From positions 1-28,399 of the forward strand of contig JAGOOU010000001.1 of the NCBI GenBank assembly GCA_017992335.1: a stretch of 28,399 nucleotides of DNA. Direction: 5' to 3'. This stretch comes from Candidatus Parcubacteria bacterium. Lineage in GTDB: Bacteria > Patescibacteriota > Minisyncoccia > Minisyncoccales > Minisyncoccaceae. The notes under the pieces are model-generated. The model saw only the letters and a program-made list of their open reading frames with translations, had not been told where the DNA came from and ran no database searches. Of the stretch, positions 17,456 to 26,496 are shown one piece after another; position 1 is the first letter of the stretch; every line of letters begins with the position of its first letter. The translations under genes were made by a program, and so were the position numbers.

Positions 17456-17703
17456 GCTTTTTTAGCGATAACAGCCTTTCTCCTACTTCCTGTGTTTTTT
17501 TTCAAAACACCTGTTTTAACAGCTTTATCTATTGCTTTGTATATTTTAGGAAGCATCTTTGCTACTTCTTCTTTCTTTCCTTCCTTAGCTAAAATATTGG
17601 CTTGCTTTAAAAGCTCTTTCATTTCTTTTTTTCTTGAATCGTTCCCTTTCTTTCTTTTTAAACTTTGTCTAAGTTGTTTTTTAGCAGATTTTTTAATTGG
17701 CAT
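17452..17703 (-). CDS. rpsT: 30S ribosomal protein S20
   Basis: MPIKKSAKKQLRQS and AIDKAVKTGVLKKNTGSRRK. Second ATG chosen because TATAAT lies 6 nt upstream of it. Confidence 0.95.
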   Translation of the reverse strand: MPIKKSAKKQLRQSLKRKKGNDSRKKEMKELLKQANILAKEGKKEEVAKMLPKIYKAIDKAVKTGVLKKNTGSRRKAVIAKKA

Positions 17704-17780
17704 ATGCATATTATATACACTAAATCTTTAATTTATGCAAGGCCTTTTCTGAATTTACAAATAATGATATATTGAAGCCA

Positions 17781-18323
17781 ATGATTAGCTTTATATCAGG
17801 CAAAATAGCCTTAAAAGACGATAAATCAGCAATAATTGAAAGACAAGGCCTTGGTTTTGAGGTTTTTTTATCAAAAACCAATTTAGATAAGATAAATATA
17901 GGAGAAGAAAGGAATTTTTACACCTTTCTTTTTGTGGGAGAGAAAAACATGGAGCTCTATGGATTTTTGTCTTTAGAAGAATTGGAGCTTTTTAAGATTT
18001 TAAAAAATGTTTCTGGTGTTGGGCCTAAAACTGCAATAATTTTATCTTCTGTTGGTTCAATAGAAAAATTAAAAGATTCTTTAGAAAAAGGAGAAGTTCC
18101 GGTTAAGGGCATTGGAGAGAAAAAGTTACAAAAGATTCTTTTGGAAATTTCAGGAAAAATTCAAGAAATTAAAAAGCCAGTTAAAAAAGACGAAGTCTAT
18201 AAAGCACTGTCTTCTTTAGGATTTTCAAAAGAAGAAATAAGCGAAGCAGTAATTAATATCCCTGAAGAAGTAAAAGACCCTGAAGAAAGGATAAAGCAAG
18301 CTTTAAGGTTTTTAGGAAAATGA
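17781..18323 (+). CDS. ruvA: Holliday junction DNA-binding subunit RuvA
   Basis: MISFISGKI, GLGFEV, LYGF, HhH motifs VSGVGPKTA and KGIGEK, and ALSSLGF. ATG 17781 preferred over TTG 17772. Confidence 0.93.
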   Translation: MISFISGKIALKDDKSAIIERQGLGFEVFLSKTNLDKINIGEERNFYTFLFVGEKNMELYGFLSLEELELFKILKNVSGVGPKTAIILSSVGSIEKLKDSLEKGEVPVKGIGEKKLQKILLEISGKIQEIKKPVKKDEVYKALSSLGFSKEEISEAVINIPEEVKDPEERIKQALRFLGK

Positions 18324-19540
18324 TTAAAAAATTAATACCAGAATTTGTTAAAGACTATTATCATTTTTTTATTTCTTTTCTAGGAGCTTTTTTGAATGGT
18401 TTTCCTTCTAAGAAAATAAAAGTAATTGGAATTACCGGAACTAATGGTAAGTCAACAACTGTAAGTATTGTTATTAAGATTTTAGAAGAGGCTGGGTATA
18501 AGGTAGCTGCTTCTACTTCCATATTTTTTAAAGTAGGAGAAAAGATTGAAGAAAATAAATTAAAAATGACAATGCCGGGAAGATTTATTCTTCAGGGTTT
18601 TCTTAAAAAAGCAGTTCATGAAAAATGCGATTACGCGATTATAGAAGTTACATCAGAAGGAATTAAACAGCACAGGCATAGATTTATTGATTTTAAAACA
18701 GCTTTGATTACTAACTTAAATCCAGAGCACATAGAAGCCCACAAGGGTTTTGATAATTACAAAAAAGCAAAAGGAGAATTATTTAAAATAGTTAAAGATA
18801 CTCACATTATAAATATTGATGATGCTCATAAGGACTATTTTCTTTTATTTAAAGCAAAAAAGATAATTACTTATGGAATTGAAAATAAAGAAGCAGATAT
18901 AAGAGCAGAGGAAGTAAATGCTACTTATGAAGGAACTAGATTTAAAGTTCAGGGAATAGACTTTGAATCTAAATTATTATTTGATTTTAATGTATATAAT
19001 ATTCTTGCTGGAATAGCTATTGGTTCATCAGAAGGTATAAGTTTAGAAAAATGCAGATTAGGAGTTAAAAAAGTAGAACAAGTTCCAGGAAGAATGGAAG
19101 AAGTTGTTTCAAATCCTTTTAAAGTTTTTGTTGATTATGCTTTTACTCCTAATGCTTTAGAAAAAGTATATAAATTTTTAAAACCTAAAAATGGAAAATT
19201 AATCTGTGTTTTAGGAGCTTGTGGAGGAGGAAGAGATAAATGGAAAAGGCCAGTTTTAGGAGGCCTTGCAGAAAAATACGGAGATATTGTTATTGTTACT
19301 AATGAAGATCCTTATGATGAAAATCCAGAAGAAATCATTAATCAAGTTTCTGAAGGATCTCCAAAAGCAATTAAAATTTTAGATAGAAGAGAGGCGATTA
19401 AAAAAGCACTATCTTTTGCTGAAAAAGGAGATGTTGTTATAATCACTGGTAAGGGTTGTGAACCATGGATATGTTTGGCTAATGGTAAGAAAATTCCTTG
19501 GGATGATAGAAAAATAGTTAGAGAAGAGATGAGTTGCTAA
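18320..19540 (+). CDS. murE: MurE-type Mur ligase lacking the usual N-terminal domain
   Basis: VIGITGTNGKST, IIEVTSEG, TNLNPEHI, VPGRME, VDYAFTP, GACGGGRDKWKR and VITGKG. Confidence 0.85.
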   Translation: MIKKLIPEFVKDYYHFFISFLGAFLNGFPSKKIKVIGITGTNGKSTTVSIVIKILEEAGYKVAASTSIFFKVGEKIEENKLKMTMPGRFILQGFLKKAVHEKCDYAIIEVTSEGIKQHRHRFIDFKTALITNLNPEHIEAHKGFDNYKKAKGELFKIVKDTHIINIDDAHKDYFLLFKAKKIITYGIENKEADIRAEEVNATYEGTRFKVQGIDFESKLLFDFNVYNILAGIAIGSSEGISLEKCRLGVKKVEQVPGRMEEVVSNPFKVFVDYAFTPNALEKVYKFLKPKNGKLICVLGACGGGRDKWKRPVLGGLAEKYGDIVIVTNEDPYDENPEEIINQVSEGSPKAIKILDRREAIKKALSFAEKGDVVIITGKGCEPWICLANGKKIPWDDRKIVREEMSC

Positions 19541-19568
19541 ATATGTTTTTTTATGTTAATAAAAAAGC

Positions 19569-19940
19569 ATGCAGCTCATTGACAATGTAATTGAAGAGCT
19601 TGGAGAAAAGAGAAAAGTATATTTGAAAAAAGCTAATCAAATTAGTGAAACAATTGAGCAAGTCAAGAAAATAGACTTAGATCAAAGCATGTTTCGAGTT
19701 AAGATTTACAGTAATTTGGTTTGGGACGGAGGGAAAGACCTTACTTTCCAGAAAAGAGGAAAATTAGAAGACATTCTGAAAGAAGCAATAAGAAATTTTG
19801 AGAGAATCAATAAAGGCAGAGGCAGGCCTCGTATAATGAGATGTAAAATTTATCTTTTCCTTGATCAAAAAGGCGGAAAGATTATTAAAATTCCGATTAA
19901 CGAAAAATGTTTTGAACATATAATTGAGGCACAAAAATAG
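19569..19940 (+). CDS. Hypothetical basic protein containing an AT-hook-like GRGRPR motif
   Basis: 123-aa ORF co-oriented in the gap after murE. A weak promoter (TTGCTA-17-TAATAA) lies 6 nt before the ATG. No family recognised. Confidence 0.65.
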   Translation: MQLIDNVIEELGEKRKVYLKKANQISETIEQVKKIDLDQSMFRVKIYSNLVWDGGKDLTFQKRGKLEDILKEAIRNFERINKGRGRPRIMRCKIYLFLDQKGGKIIKIPINEKCFEHIIEAQK

Positions 19941-19996
19941 TGCTTTTTTTCTTTATTTATGCTACTATAAACATAGTAACTTGGAAGGTGGTAATT

Positions 19997-20284
19997 TTGT
20001 TAAGAATTGGATTAGTATCGCCTAGCAGACCGTCTTACAATAACCCAAAGAAAAATTATAATGAAAATGAAGACGATGAAGATGATGAGACAGAAGAATA
20101 TGGTTTAAAATTAAACCCAGAAGATATATTTTATTCTTTTTTTTGCGAATATGCTTTAAATGCAGAAGGATATATTGATAATACTGTAGACCACTTTTTT
20201 CTGCTAACAGGATTTAAGAAATTTTCTCAAAATACTAAACTTGGGAAAAAAGACATGAATACATATTTTGGCAATCAGTATTGA
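19997..20284 (+). CDS. Small hypothetical protein with an acidic tract
   Basis: Start moved to TTG 19997, which follows the SD-like GGAAGGTGGT and an extended -10 (TG-C-TACTAT, 19963-19968); contains ENEDDEDDETEE. Confidence 0.5.
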   Translation: MLRIGLVSPSRPSYNNPKKNYNENEDDEDDETEEYGLKLNPEDIFYSFFCEYALNAEGYIDNTVDHFFLLTGFKKFSQNTKLGKKDMNTYFGNQY

Positions 20285-20296
20285 TTGCCTTTTTTC

Positions 20297-20324
20297 TTGA
20301 CAATAAAAGCTTTTTAGGTAATAT
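20297..20324 (+). promoter_or_regulatory. atp operon promoter
   Basis: TTGACA (20297-20302), 16 bp, TAATAT (20319-20324). The leader begins with a small hairpin, TGGCA-GGA-TGCCA (20330-20342). Confidence 0.6.
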
Positions 20325-20360
20325 GTAATTGGCAGGATGCCAGATTATTTTTTTTAAAGC

Positions 20361-21068
20361 ATGAATGTACATATAGCTTTATCAGGAGAACCAATGTTAA
20401 ATATCTTGGGTATTGAAGTAACAAATACCTTTATTTTGAGCGTTTTAATAGGATTATTGATGATGATTTTTTTCTCCATGGCTTTTAGAAAAAAAGAAAT
20501 GGTTCCTAATAAAATACAGAATTTTTTTGAATGGATATTAGAAGCAGTGTTTAATTTGTTTGATGGAATTACTGGAGATAGAAAGAAAACAGAAGAAGTG
20601 TTCCCTTTGTCGGCAACACTTTTTTTATTTATTCTTTTTAACAATTTATTAGAAATAGTTCCAGGGTTGGGTGTTTTTCCGATTTTGAGATCTCCTAGCT
20701 CTGATTTACATTTTACTTTAGCTTTAGCTCTTTTCGGAATGGGTTTTGTCCATTTTTCAGCTTTAAAACAATTAGGGTTTTTTACTCACATGAAAAAATT
20801 CATTAATTTCAAAGACCCGATTATGTTTTTTGTAGGAATTCTAGAAGGAATAGGAGAATTTACAAAAGCTTTTTCATTGGGAGTTAGACTTTTTGGCAAT
20901 CTTTTTGCTGGAGAAGTCCTTCTAATGATTATTGGTTCTATGATTCCTTTTATTGCGCCCCTTCCTTTTATGGGATTAGAGCTTTTTGTTGCTTTTGTTC
21001 AAGCATTAGTGTTTTCATCATTAATTACAGTATTTTATGTCTTCCACACAGAAAAACACGAACATTAA
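20361..21068 (+). CDS. atpB: F0F1 ATP synthase subunit a
   Basis: PNKIQNFFE, RSPSSDL, the essential Arg in SLGVRLFGNLFAGE, and FVAFVQALVF. Confidence 0.95.
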   Translation: MNVHIALSGEPMLNILGIEVTNTFILSVLIGLLMMIFFSMAFRKKEMVPNKIQNFFEWILEAVFNLFDGITGDRKKTEEVFPLSATLFLFILFNNLLEIVPGLGVFPILRSPSSDLHFTLALALFGMGFVHFSALKQLGFFTHMKKFINFKDPIMFFVGILEGIGEFTKAFSLGVRLFGNLFAGEVLLMIIGSMIPFIAPLPFMGLELFVAFVQALVFSSLITVFYVFHTEKHEH

Positions 21069-21291
21069 TTTGAAATATGTGATTTTTTTAGGCAGCGAAT
21101 TAGGATTTTTGATTGCTTTGCCCTTAGTTGTTTGTATGTTTATAGGCTTGTTTTTTGATCAAAAATCTGGTAAGTTTCCATTGTTTACACTAGTATTTGC
21201 TTTTATTGGGATAGTGTTAACAATTATTGATGTATATAAGTTGGTATTGCCAATTATAGAAAAAGGTCAAATAAAAAATAATAATAAATAA
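21037..21291 (+). CDS. AtpZ/AtpI-family two-TM ATP synthase accessory protein
   Basis: ELGFLIALPLVVCMFIGLFFDQK...FPLFTL pattern. The alternative start TTG 21070 avoids the overlap with atpB. Confidence 0.75.
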   Translation: MSSTQKNTNINLKYVIFLGSELGFLIALPLVVCMFIGLFFDQKSGKFPLFTLVFAFIGIVLTIIDVYKLVLPIIEKGQIKNNNK

Positions 21292-21525
<234 letters not shown>

Positions 21526-21526
21526 T

Positions 21527-22012
21527 ATGGAAGAAGGACTAACAATAGATTGGAAAGTTTTAATAGGGCAATTAATTAATTTTGCAATTCTTTTCTTTGT
21601 TTTAAAGAAATTTGCTTATGGCCCATTTTTGGATTTAATGAAAAAAAGAAGAGAGGAAATAGAAAAAGGAATTAATAAATCCAAAGAAGCAGAAGAAAAT
21701 CTTAATAAAATTAGAGAAGTAAAAGAAAGAGCAGATAAAGAAAACGAAGAAAAAAGAAAACAAATTATTCTTGAAGCTGAAAAACAAGGTAAAGAAAAAA
21801 TTAATGAATCAATTGCCTTGGCTGAAAAAGAAAAAGAAGCAATTCTTTTAAAAGCTCAAAAAGATGCTGAAATAATAAAAGAAAAAGAAAAAGAAAAAAC
21901 AGAGAGAAATTTAATCGAAAATTCTTTTGTTTTAGCAGAGAGCATTCTAAAAGAAAATATTGACGAAGAAAAGAACAAGAAGATTACAGAGGAATTTTTG
22001 AGAAAGATATGA
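21527..22012 (+). CDS. atpF: F0F1 ATP synthase subunit b
   Basis: QLINFAILFFVLKKFAYGP TM segment followed by a long charged coiled coil. Confidence 0.93.
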   Translation: MEEGLTIDWKVLIGQLINFAILFFVLKKFAYGPFLDLMKKRREEIEKGINKSKEAEENLNKIREVKERADKENEEKRKQIILEAEKQGKEKINESIALAEKEKEAILLKAQKDAEIIKEKEKEKTERNLIENSFVLAESILKENIDEEKNKKITEEFLRKI

Positions 22013-22407
22013 AAAAAGAGAAAGAGGTAACATTTTTAGCAAGAGCATTATATTTATGCTTAAAAGAGAATCCAGAAAAAGGACAAGAATTTTTTTCTAA
22101 TTTAAAAAACATATTAGAAAAGAAAAAGGGTTTGATGTTGCCTGTTCTCAAGAAAACAGAAAGTATTTATAAAAAAGAAGAAAGAGTAGAAATAGTTTTA
22201 GCGAAGAATCTTAATCAAGATTCAAAAAGAGAATTAGAAGAAAAAATACAAAACATTCTTAAAGAAAAAAAAGAGATAAATTATTCTTTAGATGAAGGTC
22301 TTTTGGCAGGATTTAGATTAAAAACAAAAGACATCTTTATCAAAGCTTCTTTAAAAGATGTTTTGATAAAGATAAAAAAGAACTATGGACTTAATAGAAC
22401 AATTTAA
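22009..22407 (+). CDS. atpH: F0F1 ATP synthase subunit delta, shortened (132 aa)
   Basis: C-terminal delta-like DEGLLAGFRL...IKASLK; located between atpF and atpA. Confidence 0.8.
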   Translation: MKKEKEVTFLARALYLCLKENPEKGQEFFSNLKNILEKKKGLMLPVLKKTESIYKKEERVEIVLAKNLNQDSKRELEEKIQNILKEKKEINYSLDEGLLAGFRLKTKDIFIKASLKDVLIKIKKNYGLNRTI

Positions 22408-23896
22408 ACAACAATTAAAAGGTTTGGAGATTAGTCCTGAATTAGAAGAAACAGGAGAAGTGATTGAAGTTAAAGACAGTGTAGTAAAACTTTCTGGGTT
22501 AAAGAACGTAGAGAATTTTGAATTAATCGAATTTGAAGAAACAGGAATTTTAGGACTAGTTCTTAATTTAGAAGAATATGAAGTCGGAGCAGTGGTTTTA
22601 GGAGAGAGTAGAAGTATTAAAGAGGGAATGATTGCAAAAAGAACCAAAAAGGTTTTTTCTATTCCAGTTGGTAATTCTCTTTTAGGAAGAGTAATTGATC
22701 CATTGGGAAGACCACTTGACGGAAAAGGAGAAATAAAAGGAGAAGAATATTTACCTTTGGAAAGAAAGGGACCAGGAGTTATTGATAGAAGTCCAGTTTC
22801 AACCCCAATTCATACAGGAATTAAAATGGTTGATGCTTTAATTCCAATTGGAAGAGGACAAAGAGAATTGATTATTGGAGATAGAGGGTTAGGAAAAACA
22901 GCTGTTGCAATAGATGCAATAGTTAATCAGAAAAAAGAGAAGAATAGACCATATTGTATTTATGTTGCTTGTGGTCAAAAGAAAAGTAAAATTAAGAGAT
23001 TAATTAGTACATTAGAAAAGCAAGGAGCAATGGAGTATACAGTAGTTGTTTGTGCGGCAGCTGATGATCCATCTAGTTTTGTATATTTAGCTCCTTTTGC
23101 AGGAGCAACAGTGGGCGAATACTTTAGAGATAACAAAAAAGACGCCCTTGTTGTCTATGATGATTTAACCAAACAAGCTTGGGCATGGAGAGAGATTTCA
23201 TTAATTTTAAGACGTCCACCAGGTAGAGAAGCATATCCAGGAGATGTATTTTATTTGCATTCTCGTTTGCTTGAAAGAGCAGCCAAGCTTTCTCCTGAAA
23301 AAGGAGGAGGATCTTTGACTGCCCTTCCTATTATTGAAACACAAGCAGGAGATATTTCAGGATATATTCCTACGAACGTAATTTCTATTACTGATGGACA
23401 AATCTTTTTAAACTCAACAATGTTTAAAAAAGAACAAAGACCAGCTATTGATGTTGGAACATCTGTATCAAGAGTAGGTTCGGCAGCGCAACTTAAAGCA
23501 ATGAAAAAAGTTGCTGGTCGTTTAAAACTTGATTTAGCTCAATTTCAAGAACTAGAAAGGTTTTCTGAATTTACTGAAGAGTTAGACCCTCAAACAAAAA
23601 AAACAATTGAAAAAGGAAAAAGAATTAGAGAATTGTTAAGACAAGATGATTTAGTTCCAATGCCTTTTGAAAAAGAAGTTGTTGTTATCTTCGCAGGGGT
23701 CAATGGAGAATTAGAGGATATTCCTTTACAGAAAATAAAGGAATTTGAAAAAGAATTAATGCAGGAAATTGAAATTAATTACAAAGAAATATTAACTGAT
23801 ATTAAAGAAAAAGAAGATATTGCAGAAGAAACGCAAAAGAAATTATTAGAAGTAGTTAAAAAAGTCAAAGATAAATATGGATCTAAGGGAAATTAA
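22385..23896 (+). CDS. atpA: F0F1 ATP synthase subunit alpha
   Basis: LIPIGRGQRELIIGDR..GKT, RRPPGREAYPGDVFYLHSRLLERAAK and SVSRVG. Confidence 0.98.
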   Translation: MDLIEQFKQQLKGLEISPELEETGEVIEVKDSVVKLSGLKNVENFELIEFEETGILGLVLNLEEYEVGAVVLGESRSIKEGMIAKRTKKVFSIPVGNSLLGRVIDPLGRPLDGKGEIKGEEYLPLERKGPGVIDRSPVSTPIHTGIKMVDALIPIGRGQRELIIGDRGLGKTAVAIDAIVNQKKEKNRPYCIYVACGQKKSKIKRLISTLEKQGAMEYTVVVCAAADDPSSFVYLAPFAGATVGEYFRDNKKDALVVYDDLTKQAWAWREISLILRRPPGREAYPGDVFYLHSRLLERAAKLSPEKGGGSLTALPIIETQAGDISGYIPTNVISITDGQIFLNSTMFKKEQRPAIDVGTSVSRVGSAAQLKAMKKVAGRLKLDLAQFQELERFSEFTEELDPQTKKTIEKGKRIRELLRQDDLVPMPFEKEVVVIFAGVNGELEDIPLQKIKEFEKELMQEIEINYKEILTDIKEKEDIAEETQKKLLEVVKKVKDKYGSKGN

Positions 23897-24749
23897 AGGA
23901 AAAATATCTTCAGTTAAGAATATTTCCGAGCTTACTTCTGCTTTGGAGACTTTTTCAGCCTTAAAGATGAGAAAAACTCAAAAGAGATTTTTAGATTCAA
24001 AACCTTTTGCGCAAGAGTTAGCAGGTATTTTTAAAAAATTAGAAAAAGTTTTAATAGAAGGAAAATCAGTATTTTTAGAAAAAAAAGAAGTTAAAAAAAT
24101 ATTGGTTTGTGTTGTTGCTTCTGATAGAGGTTTTTGTGGATCATTCAATAGTAATTTAATTAGATTTACCAATAAAGAACTTTCTGAAATTGAAAAACAA
24201 GGAGAAATAGAGATAATGCCTATTGGCAAGAAAGCGATTAATACTTATAAGAATAAAAAAGGTTCTAATTATAGTTTTTCAGGTGTTGGAGATTATTGGA
24301 AGTTTACTCAAACAAAAGAAATTGCAGAATTATTAATTAAATTATTTTTAGAAAACAGATATCAAAAAATATATTTATCCTATACTCATTTCTTTTCTTC
24401 TTTTATTCAGAAGCCAACATTAGTTCAATTGTTTCCTTTAGAAAAAGAAACATTCGATAATTTTATTAAAAAAGAAGATATCAAAGAAGAGGCAGATTAT
24501 TTATTAGAGCCTTCTTCTAGCGAAATTCTTAATGAAATAATTCCAGTATTTGTTCAATATTTGATTTATCAATTTATTCTTTCAGCCAACACTTCAGAGC
24601 ATTCAGCAAGAATGATGGCAATGAGAAATGCTTCAGACAATGCTAAGGGATTATTAGAATTTTTAAGATTAGACTATAACAAAGCAAGACAAGAACAAAT
24701 AACTTCAGAGGTTTGCGAGATATCGTCAACCAAAGAAGCAATGGAATAA
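23877..24749 (+). CDS. atpG: F0F1 ATP synthase subunit gamma
   Basis: SDRGFCGSFN and SEHSARMMAMRNASDNA...YNKARQEQIT. Confidence 0.97.
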   Translation: MDLREIKGKISSVKNISELTSALETFSALKMRKTQKRFLDSKPFAQELAGIFKKLEKVLIEGKSVFLEKKEVKKILVCVVASDRGFCGSFNSNLIRFTNKELSEIEKQGEIEIMPIGKKAINTYKNKKGSNYSFSGVGDYWKFTQTKEIAELLIKLFLENRYQKIYLSYTHFFSSFIQKPTLVQLFPLEKETFDNFIKKEDIKEEADYLLEPSSSEILNEIIPVFVQYLIYQFILSANTSEHSARMMAMRNASDNAKGLLEFLRLDYNKARQEQITSEVCEISSTKEAME

Positions 24750-24752
24750 TAA

Positions 24753-26122
<1,370 letters not shown>

Positions 26123-26123
<1 letters not shown>

Positions 26124-26368
26124 TGAAATTAGATATTTTAACACCAGAGAAAAAAGTGTTTGATGGAGAGGTAGAAACAATTAATGTTCCCACTCCTTTG
26201 GGGTTTATAACAGTGCTGCCACACCATACTTCTTTATTATCTGCTGTTACTAAGGGGAAAATAAAGATTAAAACTCCAAACGAAGAAAAAATCATTTACT
26301 CTTATGGAGGAGTAATAGAAGTTTTTAAAAACAAAGCAGTCTTGTTGTTAAGAAGATATGAAGAATAA
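26123..26368 (+). CDS. atpC: F0F1 ATP synthase subunit epsilon, N-terminal beta-sandwich only (81 aa)
   Basis: ILTPEKKVFDGEV, GFITVLPHH and GGVIEV; stops before any C-terminal helices. Confidence 0.9.
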
Positions 26369-26394
26369 AACAAGGGGTTGACCCCTTGTTTTTT
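26367..26394 (+). terminator. Intrinsic terminator of the atp operon
   Basis: Perfect 11-bp stem AAAACAAGGGG/CCCCTTGTTTT with a TTGA loop and a T-tract, directly after the atpC stop. Confidence 0.88.
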
Positions 26395-26435
26395 CTAAAT
26401 ACCATAATTTCATATAATAATAGCGTCGTTCTGTC

Positions 26436-26464
26436 TTGACTTATTCCCCTAAATTATATATAAT
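26436..26464 (+). promoter_or_regulatory. Promoter of the AAA/DUF4143 gene
   Basis: TTGACT (26436-26441), 17 bp, TATAAT (26459-26464). Confidence 0.8.
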
Positions 26465-26485
26465 TAGGGGAATAGAATCCCCTAA
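26442..26485. promoter_or_regulatory. Operator-like array of three TCCCCTAA half-sites
   Basis: TATTCCCCTAA (26442-26452), its exact reverse complement TTAGGGGAATA (26464-26474), and GAATCCCCTAA (26475-26485). Confidence 0.65.
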
Positions 26486-26496
26486 GTATATAAAAT

